Positions 1 to 9,336 of a stretch of DNA of 64,000 nucleotides are shown piece after piece. The first letter of the stretch is position 1. Every line of letters starts with the position of its first letter. Below the pieces are notes generated by a model. That model did not search any database, was not told the origin of the DNA, and was given only the letters and a program-made list of their open reading frames with translations. The position numbers and the translations under genes were made by a program. Source of the DNA: Candidatus Nomurabacteria bacterium RIFCSPHIGHO2_02_40_30 (lineage in GTDB: Bacteria; Patescibacteriota; Minisyncoccia; Phycocordibacterales; UBA9973); contig MFTV01000010.1 in NCBI GenBank assembly GCA_001785445.1, positions 101,566-165,565 of the forward strand, written 5' to 3'.

Positions 1-444
1 CCAGTAACTGCCAAAAGCCAAGCCCTAAAAGACTTGATTAAGAATAACTGCAAAAATATAAATGTCTTGAATGTCGGATGTTCACATCTCGAAAATCTTG
101 TAGAACAAGGCATATTGAATGGCGATTATGTAAACAATCTTCTTTTGAAATATTTGGAGGGAATTAAAGATTCTGATGCTGATTGTCTAGTTTTAGGTTG
201 TACGCATTATCCTTTTCTTAAAAAATCTATTGGAAAAATTCTCGGCTCACGGATTCAAATTGTAGATAGCGGGGAAGCTGTTGCCAAGCAAACACGATCC
301 TTGCTTCTTACTAATAAGATGAAAAAAAATCCCAGAAGTAGGGGAGCAAATCTTTATTTTACTACCGGCGATTCAGCCCAATTTTCAAAAGTTGCCTCCA
401 AGTTGTTAAAAAAGAAAGTGAAAGCTAAAAAAGTAAAGATTTAA
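1..444 (+). CDS. murI: glutamate racemase, C-terminal part (5' end lies left of the window)
   Basis: Frame is open from nt 1 to the stop at 442-444. Contains the MurI second catalytic-Cys motif LVLGCTHYPF. Confidence 0.85.
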   Translation, partial: PVTAKSQALKDLIKNNCKNINVLNVGCSHLENLVEQGILNGDYVNNLLLKYLEGIKDSDADCLVLGCTHYPFLKKSIGKILGSRIQIVDSGEAVAKQTRSLLLTNKMKKNPRSRGANLYFTTGDSAQFSKVASKLLKKKVKAKKVKI

Positions 445-485
445 CTCCAGTTGCTTTTTTGGACTTTTTCATATAACATACACTC

Positions 486-644
486 ATGTCACAAGATAGA
501 CTTATAAAGCTAGCCTGCGGGACTTGCAAGCGCATTAATTACTGGTCCAGCAAGAATAAGAAACTGGTAACCGAAAAAATCGAGCTCAAAAAATACTGCA
601 AATGGTGTCGCAAGCAGACCAAGCATAAGGAGGCTAAGAAATAG
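486..644 (+). CDS. rpmG: 50S ribosomal protein L33 (zinc-ribbon type), 52 aa; below the ORF-track size cut-off
   Basis: Hand translation gives MSQDRLIKLACGTCKRINYWSSKNKKLVTEKIELKKYCKWCRKQTKHKEAKK. It has the CxxC...CxxC pattern and the length typical of L33. Confidence 0.85.
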   Translation: MSQDRLIKLACGTCKRINYWSSKNKKLVTEKIELKKYCKWCRKQTKHKEAKK

Positions 645-671
645 ATTTTCTCTCTATTTCTGTTATACTAA

Positions 672-698
672 AGGCGACCTTAAATAGGTCGTTTTTTG
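672..698 (+). terminator. hairpin plus T-run after rpmG (possibly only an attenuator, since tRNA-Trp follows 14 nt later)
   Basis: Stem GCGACCT/AGGTCG(T) with loop TAAAT, followed by TTTTTT. Confidence 0.4.
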
Positions 699-712
699 TT
701 CAATTAGTATTT

Positions 713-783
713 GGGCGATTAGTTAAGTGGCATAACTTCGGTCTCCAAAACCGATGTCGGGAGTTCGATTCTCTCATCGCCCG
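713..783 (+). tRNA. tRNA-Trp (anticodon CCA)
   Basis: Hand-folded cloverleaf. Acceptor GGGCGAT/ATCGCCC, D stem GTTA/TAAC, anticodon stem TCGGT/ACCGA with loop CTCCAAA, T arm GGGAG-TTCGATT-CTCTC. Confidence 0.9.
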
Positions 784-846
784 CCTTATATTTATGAACA
801 CTTTTAAAAATTATACATATAATGCATTTGGACAGCGATAAAAGTT

Positions 847-3090
847 ATGAAATATATTTTTGCCATTATTGGTAGTGTGGTTGTAGCTGTGAGCTTAGTC
901 GCCCTTGGATTTAATATCAGACAAGTGGATCAAGAAAGAGCTACTTTAACGACCAACTTAGAACAACGAGCTTCTTTGCTTGCCGACAGTTTAAAAGAAT
1001 CTGTTGAGCCTTATTATGCTAATTCTATCCAATCCTCTTTCCAAGCTTCCCTTCAAAAGGTGGTCAATAAATTTGCAAATCGTGAACGCTTAGCTGGCAT
1101 AGCTCTTTATGATAATAAAGGAATACTATTAGCTACTTCTTCAGGACTACCAAAAGCCATAATTGAAAATACAAAAATTGTAGCCGAGGCCATGGACAGC
1201 AACACATCAAATAATGATTTTTTTGATACTGAAGGAGAGGACCGTTACGTGCATGTTGACCCTCTGCACAATGATGAAAGTATAGTTGGGGCACTCATGG
1301 TGGTTCAAAACGCCGGATATATAAATGCAAGAATTGGAGAAATATGGAGAGGAAATTTATTGAGATTACTGATCCAAGTAATAATATTTTCAATAACCAT
1401 TTTCATAATTTTGAGATTTTTTGTTTTTCGTCAAGTTATTCGCTTTGTAGAATCCGTGAAAAAAATTAGAATGGGCGAAGGTAAGGAAAGTTTCAAAGAT
1501 GAAGGTAAATATTCCTTTTTTACCCCGCTTGCAAAAGAAATTACTCATATTACAAAAAGTTTATCACAGGCGCGTTTGTCGGCTCAAGAGGAAGCCCGAA
1601 TGCGTCTGGAAAAACTTGATAGCCCATGGACATCTGAACGTCTTTCGGAATTCATAAAAGCCACTTTAAAAGAGAGACCTATTTTTGTGGTATCTAATCG
1701 TGAACCCTATGAACATTATACTAACTCAAAAGGTGAAGTAAGTTATCGAGTTCCTGCTGGCGGAATTGTCACCGCTATTGAACCAGTGATGGTGGCTTGC
1801 AAAGGTACTTGGATTGCTTGGGGCAGTGGAAATGCAGACAAGACAGTTGTTGATAAAGATAATAAAATTAAAGTTCCTCCCCATGAACCAAAATACACTC
1901 TAAAAAGGGTTTGGCTTTCAGACGAAGAAGTGACTGGTTACTATAATGGATTTTCCAATGAAGCAATGTATCCTCTTTGTCTGATGGCACATACTCGTCC
2001 ACTCTTTAGAAAAGAGAACTGGCAAGAGTACAAAAAAGTAAATGGCATATTTGCAAAAAATGTACTCGCAGAGATAAGAGATGTTCAAAATCCTCTTGTA
2101 TTAATTCAAGACTATCATTTAGCGCTTCTACCACAAATAATAAAGAAAAGTAGACCAGATGCTCAAATTGGAATATTCTGGCATGTGCCTTGGCCAAGTC
2201 CTGAAGCTTTTAGTGTTTGTCCGTGGCGTAAAGAAATATTACAAGGAATGCTGGGTGCTGATATTGTAGGTTTTCATATTCAACAGTTTTGTAATAATTT
2301 TATAAATACTGTCGGCAAGGAAATGGAATCTAGATGTGACCTTGAGCAATTTTCAGTAACATATCAAAATCATACCAGTCATATAAAATCATTTCCGATT
2401 GGTATTGCCTTTACTGGTGGAAATGATGATGTAACATTTGATCCGAATGTCAGTAAAAATCTTTTAGAAAAATTAGGAATACATACTAAACATATTGGCT
2501 TGGGAGTTGATCGTCTAGACTATACAAAAGGGCTTTTAGAAAGGTTTAAAGCCTTGGAATTTTTCTTTGACACCTATCCAACTTACAAAAATAATTTTAC
2601 TTTTTTACAAATAGCATCTCCGAGTAGGGAAAGTGTTCCTAAGTATAAGCAATTTAATGCAGATGTGACAAAAGAAGTTGAACGTATAAATACTAAGTTC
2701 AAAACAAAAAATTGGCAACCCATCGTTCTACTTAAAGAATATCATTCACACGAAGAACTGGATCCATTATTTAAGATTGCCAATGTATGTATGGTAACTT
2801 CACTACATGATGGCATGAACTTGGTAGCTAAGGAATATATCGCCGCCCGAGATAAAGAAGATGGCGTTTTGATTCTAAGTCAATTTGCTGGTGCTGTGCG
2901 AGATCTTAAGGGTGCTTTAATAATAAACCCATACAGCGCAGAAGAAACATCAGAAGCAATAAATACAGCTCTCAATATGGCATTACTAGAACAACAAAGA
3001 CGAATGAAGAAAATGCGTGAATCTATTAAAAATTATAATATTTATCGTTGGTCTGCAGAATTTATCAAAGCAGTTACGAGTCTAAGTTAA
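847..3090 (+). CDS. otsA: trehalose-6-phosphate synthase (GT20) with a ~270-aa N-terminal TM/ectodomain/TM/HAMP-like extension
   Basis: GT20 blocks from about aa 277: FVVSNREPYEH, IGIFWHVPWPS, VGFH, GVDRLDYTKG, SLHDGMNLVAKEY. The N-terminus has two hydrophobic helices. Confidence 0.85.
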   Translation: MKYIFAIIGSVVVAVSLVALGFNIRQVDQERATLTTNLEQRASLLADSLKESVEPYYANSIQSSFQASLQKVVNKFANRERLAGIALYDNKGILLATSSGLPKAIIENTKIVAEAMDSNTSNNDFFDTEGEDRYVHVDPLHNDESIVGALMVVQNAGYINARIGEIWRGNLLRLLIQVIIFSITIFIILRFFVFRQVIRFVESVKKIRMGEGKESFKDEGKYSFFTPLAKEITHITKSLSQARLSAQEEARMRLEKLDSPWTSERLSEFIKATLKERPIFVVSNREPYEHYTNSKGEVSYRVPAGGIVTAIEPVMVACKGTWIAWGSGNADKTVVDKDNKIKVPPHEPKYTLKRVWLSDEEVTGYYNGFSNEAMYPLCLMAHTRPLFRKENWQEYKKVNGIFAKNVLAEIRDVQNPLVLIQDYHLALLPQIIKKSRPDAQIGIFWHVPWPSPEAFSVCPWRKEILQGMLGADIVGFHIQQFCNNFINTVGKEMESRCDLEQFSVTYQNHTSHIKSFPIGIAFTGGNDDVTFDPNVSKNLLEKLGIHTKHIGLGVDRLDYTKGLLERFKALEFFFDTYPTYKNNFTFLQIASPSRESVPKYKQFNADVTKEVERINTKFKTKNWQPIVLLKEYHSHEELDPLFKIANVCMVTSLHDGMNLVAKEYIAARDKEDGVLILSQFAGAVRDLKGALIINPYSAEETSEAINTALNMALLEQQRRMKKMRESIKNYNIYRWSAEFIKAVTSLS

Positions 3091-3093
3091 AAT

Positions 3094-3858
3094 ATGAAAT
3101 ATGTTTTTAAAGATCTTGCAAATATCAAAAAGAAACTACAGGAATCAAATTTTGTCTTGTTGCTTGATTTTGATTTGACACTTTCTCCACTTGCCAAGAA
3201 TCCCGCCAAGGCAATTCTTCCTAACGATACAAGAATTTTATTAAAAAAACTTTCAAAATATATTCATATCGCAGTTATTACTGGCAGGACCATAAAAGAT
3301 ATAAAAAAAAGAATTAAGCTCAACAGCTTAACATACGTAGGTAATCACGGATTGGAATATGAAGTCGGGGGTGTTGCTAGAAGCAGTCAATTATTAGTTG
3401 AATCTAAAAAAGGATTAAAAGATATAAAAAAGAAATTTTTAAATATAAAAAGAAAATATTCTGGTGTACTTATCGAAGACAAGAAACTTGGCCTCGCTTT
3501 ACATTATCGACTACTTTTGTCCCAAGATAAGTTTGCGTTTATGGCGGATATTAAAAAAATCCAAACAGAAATAAAAAATTATGGTCTTCGTGGAATCCTT
3601 TATAAAAGAACCCTAGAGGTAAGACCGGAGACAAAAGAAGACAAAGGCACAGCTTCGCTGCTCATACTTAAAAAATTTGGCAATCCTAAACAAGTAATTT
3701 ATATAGGAGACGGCAAAACAGACGAAGATGCGTTTCGCGCGTTACCTAAAGGTATAACTATCAGGGTAGGAAAATCCAAACATAGTGTTGCTGAATATTA
3801 TGTAAATAGTACGAAAGAAGTAAAAAAATTTCTCGTTTGGCTATTATATATAGTATAA
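3094..3858 (+). CDS. otsB: trehalose-6-phosphate phosphatase (HAD family)
   Basis: DxDxT motif (LLLDFDLTLSP) and IGDGKTDEDAF. Starts 3 nt after otsA. Confidence 0.8.
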   Translation: MKYVFKDLANIKKKLQESNFVLLLDFDLTLSPLAKNPAKAILPNDTRILLKKLSKYIHIAVITGRTIKDIKKRIKLNSLTYVGNHGLEYEVGGVARSSQLLVESKKGLKDIKKKFLNIKRKYSGVLIEDKKLGLALHYRLLLSQDKFAFMADIKKIQTEIKNYGLRGILYKRTLEVRPETKEDKGTASLLILKKFGNPKQVIYIGDGKTDEDAFRALPKGITIRVGKSKHSVAEYYVNSTKEVKKFLVWLLYIV

Positions 3859-3877
3859 AATGTTATAATTCCTATAA

Positions 3878-4150
3878 ATGGAAGAAAGAATTCAAAATTT
3901 AGAAAAAGAAGTTGAATTACTCAAAGAGAGAAATTTAAGAGTGGAGAGTGAAAAGGCTTGGGAAGTAAGCTTAACCAGACGATTATTTATTGCAATTAGC
4001 ACATATATCATTGCTGGTGTTTGGCTTATCGTAATTAATGACAGCTTTCCTTGGCTCAAAGCATTTGTGCCGGCAGTAGGCTATTTGTTTTCTACTCTTT
4101 CTTTGCCCTTTATCAAAAAATGGTGGATTAAAAATCAAAGTAAAAGATAG
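3878..4150 (+). CDS. hypothetical small membrane protein (N-terminal coiled coil, 2 TM)
   Basis: ORF only; has hydrophobic segments. Confidence 0.45.
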   Translation: MEERIQNLEKEVELLKERNLRVESEKAWEVSLTRRLFIAISTYIIAGVWLIVINDSFPWLKAFVPAVGYLFSTLSLPFIKKWWIKNQSKR

Positions 4151-4154
4151 TTTC

Positions 4155-4493
4155 CTACTCTCCTTTAAAAGACTGCAGGACAGCGCTTACGACGGCAAGC
4201 ACAATGCCGAAGAGGAATGCTGACAAAAAGCCATCTACTGCAAATCCTGGCACTACGTAGGCTGCAAGCATTATCAAGATGCCATTTATGACTAAGACAA
4301 AAAGTCCAAGCGTCAGAACAGTAAGAGGTAAAGTGAACATTATCAGTATTGGACGCAAGAAAACATTAATAACTCCTAGCACCACAGCTACGATCAATGC
4401 TGACAAAAAGCCATCGACATGCACTCCGGGCAAAACATATGCACTTATTAATATTGCGAGAGCCGACACAACCCAATGTATAATTGTTTTCAT
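4155..4493 (-). CDS. DUF360 / holin-superfamily-IV-like 4-TM membrane protein
   Basis: The internal repeat LPG(V/F)xVDGFLSA occurs twice and the protein is very hydrophobic. Overlaps the miaA stop by 4 nt. Confidence 0.6.
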   Translation of the reverse strand: MKTIIHWVVSALAILISAYVLPGVHVDGFLSALIVAVVLGVINVFLRPILIMFTLPLTVLTLGLFVLVINGILIMLAAYVVPGFAVDGFLSAFLFGIVLAVVSAVLQSFKGE

Positions 4494-5368
4494 AATACGT
4501 TTATTATAACATATGTTTTTAATTTGGAAGCATCAAACCATGTAATTTCTTTATCTCTTTTAAACCATGTCTTCTGGCGTTTGGCGTATTTGTGAATTTC
4601 TGAATTTAATTTTTCTAGCATCTCCTTTTTATTAATTTTATTTTGTAAATACAAAGCCATGAATCTGTACTCCAATCCCAATTCCTCCATTCTTTTCCAA
4701 GACAGCCCTTGCTTATGAAGTTTTTTTGCTTCATTTAACATACCCATTTTGATTCTTGTCAGCAGTCTTTTTTCTATTTTATTCTTTAACTTAGCTGTGG
4801 GCAAATATAAGCCAATCTTTATAAAGTTAAACGGAAGCCTTGCTTCCGTTTCTTTTGGTACTTTGCCTAGAGCCTTGGCTATCTCTACGGCTCTAATTAG
4901 CCTGACTTTGTTTTTGGCATCTATAGTTTTCGCTCTTTGCGGATCTAATTTCTTCAATGTTAGAAACAATGTTATCGCAGATTTTGTAACAAGTTGCTTT
5001 CGTAGTTTAATATTTGGCGGAACTTCTGGGAAAATAATGCCCTTGGTAACAGCATCTATATAAAACCCTGTACCACCGCAAATTATCGGAGTCTTGCCTC
5101 TTTTTACAATATCAGCCATGGCTGATATTGCCAGTTTTTGATACTTCACAACAGTGAATTTTATTTTTGGATTTGCTACATCAAGTAGGTGATGTGGGAC
5201 CCCCTCCATTTCTTTTTTGGTGATTTTACCGCTACCTATATTAAGATTTTTATAAACCTGCCTAGAATCAGCAGAAATTATTTCACCGTTTATTTTTTTA
5301 GCAATTTTTACTGCTAGATCGCTTTTGCCTGCAGCAGTTTGCCCTAGAATTACAATAACTTTTTGCAT
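4490..5368 (-). CDS. miaA: tRNA dimethylallyltransferase
   Basis: P-loop GQTAAGKS, ADSRQVY and CGGTGFY motifs. Confidence 0.9.
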   Translation of the reverse strand: MQKVIVILGQTAAGKSDLAVKIAKKINGEIISADSRQVYKNLNIGSGKITKKEMEGVPHHLLDVANPKIKFTVVKYQKLAISAMADIVKRGKTPIICGGTGFYIDAVTKGIIFPEVPPNIKLRKQLVTKSAITLFLTLKKLDPQRAKTIDAKNKVRLIRAVEIAKALGKVPKETEARLPFNFIKIGLYLPTAKLKNKIEKRLLTRIKMGMLNEAKKLHKQGLSWKRMEELGLEYRFMALYLQNKINKKEMLEKLNSEIHKYAKRQKTWFKRDKEITWFDASKLKTYVIINVL

Positions 5369-6697
5369 CTAAATTCTTTTGATGTCGGCGCCTAGAGCAT
5401 TTAGTTTTTCGACTATGTTTTCATATCCTCGGTCAATGTGATTTGCAGGATCGTTTATAATACTTTTCCCCGGAGCCACCAAACTAGCAAGCAACATATC
5501 TATGCCCGCACGAACATCGTGAGAATTCAATTGACTTGCTTTAAACTTCGTAGGCCCATGTACTTTGGCGCCATAAGTTTCTTTCTTACTGTATTCAGAA
5601 TTATTGAAATTATAATATTTCGCCCCATATCCTTTTGGATGAAAAAGTTCATATCTTAACCCCATTTTTTTTAATTCTCCCAAATATCTCCACCTAGTTT
5701 CAAAAATTCTTTCATGGATAGTTGATTTACCTTTGGCCATATGAGCAAGTAGCAATGTCATGATTGGTTGCCAATCTGTCATGAAGCCTGGATACCAGTC
5801 AGTCACGATTTCTAAGGTTTTTAGTGGTTTGTGGATTTTTTTTATTTTCGCAACATTATTTTTAAAATCAATATCTACGCCTATTTTCTTTAAATCCCCA
5901 ATTAACGGCTCCAACAATTTTTTGTTTGCGTTTTTAACTGCAACTTTTCCACCAGTCATAATAGAAAGAATAATAGCGGTAGCCGCTTCCAAGCGATCAT
6001 AAATTGAAAAAGTTTTAGTTCCACGAAGAAAAGGTTTTACTCCAGTTATTTCTATTACTCTGGGCTCAATTCTTTTTATTTTAGCCCCCATGTCATTCAA
6101 ACATTTTATTAAATTATCAACTTCTGGTTCTGCCGCTGCGTTTTTAAGGACAACTTTTCCTCTGTTGAAAACTGAAGCCAAAATTAAATTTTCTGTTCCG
6201 CAATGAGTATTTTTTTCAAAAGTATAAGTGACGGATTTAGGTCTAGTTGGCATTGAAATTTCCATCACATTATTTTTTTCTTTTTTTATCACCCCCCCAA
6301 GAGCTTTAATACCTTGCAAATGTCTATTGATTGGTCTTTTGCCGATAGCGTCCCCTCTGATTGGATGAAAAGTTACTTTGCCTGTTCTAGCAAGTGTGGC
6401 GCCGATAAAAAGTACAGATTGTCGAGCGGACATTGATTCAAGGGGTATTTCAGAAGAATTGATATATTTGCTTTCAACTTCGATTGAATTTTTACCCGTA
6501 AATCTTACTTTGCATCCAAGTGAAGTGAGTGTATCGATAGTTCTGTAAGTGTCAGAAATTCTTGGAATATTATAAAAAAAACACTTTTCTTTACTAAGAA
6601 GAGCGGCAATTGGAAGTTTCGGACCCGCATTTTTTGCCCCAGAAACAACATAAGTTCCTTTTAATTTTTTTCCACCCCATACAATAAATTGACTCAT
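5369..6697 (-). CDS. murA: UDP-N-acetylglucosamine 1-carboxyvinyltransferase
   Basis: Start trimmed to MSQFIVWGGKKLKG...SGAKNA (ATG 6697-6695). The 41 upstream codons of the track ORF run through tRNA-Leu. Confidence 0.9.
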   Translation of the reverse strand: MSQFIVWGGKKLKGTYVVSGAKNAGPKLPIAALLSKEKCFFYNIPRISDTYRTIDTLTSLGCKVRFTGKNSIEVESKYINSSEIPLESMSARQSVLFIGATLARTGKVTFHPIRGDAIGKRPINRHLQGIKALGGVIKKEKNNVMEISMPTRPKSVTYTFEKNTHCGTENLILASVFNRGKVVLKNAAAEPEVDNLIKCLNDMGAKIKRIEPRVIEITGVKPFLRGTKTFSIYDRLEAATAIILSIMTGGKVAVKNANKKLLEPLIGDLKKIGVDIDFKNNVAKIKKIHKPLKTLEIVTDWYPGFMTDWQPIMTLLLAHMAKGKSTIHERIFETRWRYLGELKKMGLRYELFHPKGYGAKYYNFNNSEYSKKETYGAKVHGPTKFKASQLNSHDVRAGIDMLLASLVAPGKSIINDPANHIDRGYENIVEKLNALGADIKRI

Positions 6698-6699
6698 AG

Positions 6700-6781
6700 T
6701 GCCGGAGGGGAGAGTCGAACTCCCACGTCTTGCGACACGCGATTTTGAGTCGCGCATGACTACCAATTCCATCACTCCGGC
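6700..6781 (-). tRNA. tRNA-Leu (anticodon CAA), long variable arm
   Basis: The reverse complement folds as follows. Acceptor GCCGGAG/CTCCGGC, anticodon stem CGCGA/TCGCG with loop CTCAAAA, variable arm GTC-GCAA-GAC, T arm GGGAG-TTCGACT-CTCCC. Confidence 0.9.
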
Positions 6782-6791
6782 GAATCCACAC

Positions 6792-6820
6792 ATTCTACAC
6801 AAACTTATACCTAAAATCAA
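6792..6820 (-). promoter_or_regulatory. sigma70-like promoter for the tRNA-Leu/murA/miaA unit
   Basis: The minus strand reads TTGATT-N17-TAGAAT. The -10 ends 10 nt before the tRNA 5' end. Confidence 0.5.
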
Positions 6821-6856
6821 TTTCTAAAATAATTTTTATTATGCTAAAATTACCTC

Positions 6857-7837
6857 ATGTCCAATTTGCATTCAAATTCAATTTTCTGGATTGATACCGA
6901 TAAAATAAAACCAAACCCTTACCAGCCAAGGCGGGACTTTGATGAAGCAACCTTGCGAGACTTGGCTGACTCTATAAAACAATACGGAGTTCTTCAACCA
7001 CTCATAGTTTCTCGCAGCGAAGTCGAAAAAGATGGCGGAGGACTGCAGACCCTGTATGAACTTATTGCGGGAGAAAGAAGACTGCGAGCCGCGAAACTTG
7101 CCGGTGTTTCGCAAATACCGGTTATCATCCGAGAAGGCGATACTGCTTTAATGAAGCTGGAATTGGCAATTATTGAAAACTTACAAAGAGAAGATCTCAA
7201 TGTAGTCGACCGCGCCCGCGCCTTTTTTCGCTTGGTTAGTGAATTTAAGTTTACCCACAACGAAGTTGCCAAGAAAATGGGCCGAAGCAGGGAATATGTT
7301 TCTAACACCCTTAGAATTTTAACCTTACCAGAAGAAATTATAAATGGTCTTTCTGAAGGAAAAATTACTGAAGGACATACAAGGCCAATACTGATGCTCG
7401 CAGACCATCCGCAGGAGCAATTGGTGCTTTTCAAAGAAATTGTCTACAAGAAAATCACGGTGCGCGAAGCAGAGAGACTTGCCAGGAAAATAGCTTTTGA
7501 CCGTGTGCGCAAGAAAGAATTTATGCCTGACCCTGAAATAACCGAACTTGAAGAAGAATTTCAAGAAAAGCTGGGAACTCGAGTGCATATAGACAGGAAA
7601 GAACTAGGCGGTCAGATTAAAATAGATTTTTTCTCTACCAACGACTTGCGAGAAATTTTAGATTTGATACAAAAATCAAATACAGAGAAGAGACCTGAAG
7701 CAATGATGGAAAACCATATTGCCAAAAGTGAAGTAAAAATAGAAAACCAAGAAAAAGCACCTATTGACGACAGAAGTAAAGAAGAGAAAACACAAGATGA
7801 GGCTGACCTTTATAATATTTCTAACTTTAGTGTTTAA
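6857..7837 (+). CDS. parB: chromosome partitioning protein ParB
   Basis: IKPNPYQPRR, LIAGERRLRAAKLAG and an HTH region. Confidence 0.9.
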   Translation: MSNLHSNSIFWIDTDKIKPNPYQPRRDFDEATLRDLADSIKQYGVLQPLIVSRSEVEKDGGGLQTLYELIAGERRLRAAKLAGVSQIPVIIREGDTALMKLELAIIENLQREDLNVVDRARAFFRLVSEFKFTHNEVAKKMGRSREYVSNTLRILTLPEEIINGLSEGKITEGHTRPILMLADHPQEQLVLFKEIVYKKITVREAERLARKIAFDRVRKKEFMPDPEITELEEEFQEKLGTRVHIDRKELGGQIKIDFFSTNDLREILDLIQKSNTEKRPEAMMENHIAKSEVKIENQEKAPIDDRSKEEKTQDEADLYNISNFSV

Positions 7838-7843
7838 ATATTT

Positions 7844-9319
7844 TTAGGATGTGTTACGGCCAAGGGATTTTAGTCTAGTCAGCAAACTGTTTTTCTCCAA
7901 ATAAGACCTTATATGCTTTTTGGCAATTGTTGTTTTGGCGTATTCCAGCCATTTACTGGAAGGGTGCGCATCTTTTTTCGTAACTATCTCTACAATATCT
8001 CTATTTTTTAGTTTTGAAGAAATAAGGGACATTTTGCCATTTATCTTAACTCCGGAAATATGATTGCCGATATCAGAATGGACAGAGTAAGCGAAATCAA
8101 CCGGACTTGAATCTTCCGGCAAATCTATGACATCTCCTCTCGGCGTAAAAATAAAGATACGATCGTTGAAAAAATCCATCTTTAGATGTTCTAGAAATTT
8201 TTTCGGTTCATCCAAAGTAGAGTTGAAATTTTTTAATTCCTCGATCCATTTAAATTGAGATTTGTCATTCACAGCTTTCTTATAGAGACTTTCTTTGTAG
8301 GCAAAGTGCGCCGCGATACCATAAGCCGCCTCGGCATGCATTTCTTTCGTCCTTATTTGGATTTCTACGATTCCGCCTGAACCAGTGAAAATGGTGGTGT
8401 GAATGGAACGATAGCCGTTTGGCTTTGGTAAGGCTATGTAGTCTTTGATTCTGCTTGGGAGCGGAGTCCAGAGAGCATGGATTATACCCAGCACCCTATA
8501 ACATTCCTCAATATTTTCTACCACAACACGCAATGCCACAATGTCGTAGATCTTTTCTATGTCCATATTATATTTTAGGAGTTTTTTATATAAACTATAT
8601 TTGTGTTTTATGCGGTAACTGATTTCATCAACTTTAATTTTGTTTTTCTTGAGCTCTTTCTCAAGCTGTTCTTTTACTTCTTCCAGATATTTATGGTACT
8701 TTTCTTTTTTTTCTTTTATAATTTCTTCCACTTGAGCATATTCTTTTGGATAAGCATAAGGGAAAGCTTCATCTTCGAGTTCACCTTTTAATTTACCCAT
8801 TCCCAAGCGGTTGGCTAGTGGTGCGTATACTTCTATGCTCTCAACAGCAATTCTCTTCCTTTTGTCTTCACGTAAAAATGATAGCGTTCTTAAGTTGTGG
8901 AGCCTGTCGGCAAACTTTATTATAACCACGCGTAAATCGCTTGCCATAGCAACAAAGAACTTTCTCAAACTTTCTACATGCCTTTCGTGCCCGCGATATT
9001 TTAAAGTGCCCAATTTGGTAACGCCATTTATCAAAAAGACAATATCTTTACCAAATTCTTTTTCCAATTCCTCTTCTTTGGTTTTTGTGTCTTCTAGCAC
9101 ATCATGCAAGAGTCCAGCTACTATAGTAATAGTATCCATGCCTAATTTAGCCAAGATTTTTGTAGTTTCAAAAACATGAGTAAAGTATGGGTCTCCAGAG
9201 AGTCTTTTTTGCCCAGAATGGGCATTTAAAGCTATATCATAGGCTTTATTTATGAGTTCTTCCTCTTTTTTGCTCAACCCACCCAACATAAGATCTTTTA
9301 TTTCTTTGACGCTTGCCAT
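7844..9319 (-). CDS. rel: short RelA/SpoT homolog: HD hydrolase, (p)ppGpp synthetase and TGS domains; no C-terminal regulatory half
   Basis: HDVLEDT (HD), GYRSIHT (synthetase) and a TGS-like block FTPRGDVIDLPEDSSPVDFAY. Only 491 aa. Confidence 0.85.
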   Translation of the reverse strand: MASVKEIKDLMLGGLSKKEEELINKAYDIALNAHSGQKRLSGDPYFTHVFETTKILAKLGMDTITIVAGLLHDVLEDTKTKEEELEKEFGKDIVFLINGVTKLGTLKYRGHERHVESLRKFFVAMASDLRVVIIKFADRLHNLRTLSFLREDKRKRIAVESIEVYAPLANRLGMGKLKGELEDEAFPYAYPKEYAQVEEIIKEKKEKYHKYLEEVKEQLEKELKKNKIKVDEISYRIKHKYSLYKKLLKYNMDIEKIYDIVALRVVVENIEECYRVLGIIHALWTPLPSRIKDYIALPKPNGYRSIHTTIFTGSGGIVEIQIRTKEMHAEAAYGIAAHFAYKESLYKKAVNDKSQFKWIEELKNFNSTLDEPKKFLEHLKMDFFNDRIFIFTPRGDVIDLPEDSSPVDFAYSVHSDIGNHISGVKINGKMSLISSKLKNRDIVEIVTKKDAHPSSKWLEYAKTTIAKKHIRSYLEKNSLLTRLKSLGRNTS

Positions 9320-9336
9320 AGAACAATTGTAGCATT

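Noticed and set aside
6290-6297. Homopolymer C7 (G7 on the coding strand) inside murA, considered as a possible phase-variation or frameshift site.
   Set aside because: The reading frame is intact across it and encodes a plausible GG-containing segment. There is no evidence of slippage from a single sequence.
6698-6820. 41-codon N-terminal extension of the murA track ORF.
   Set aside because: It is read straight through the tRNA-Leu gene (6700-6781). MurA homology starts at MSQFIVWGGKKLKG (ATG 6697).
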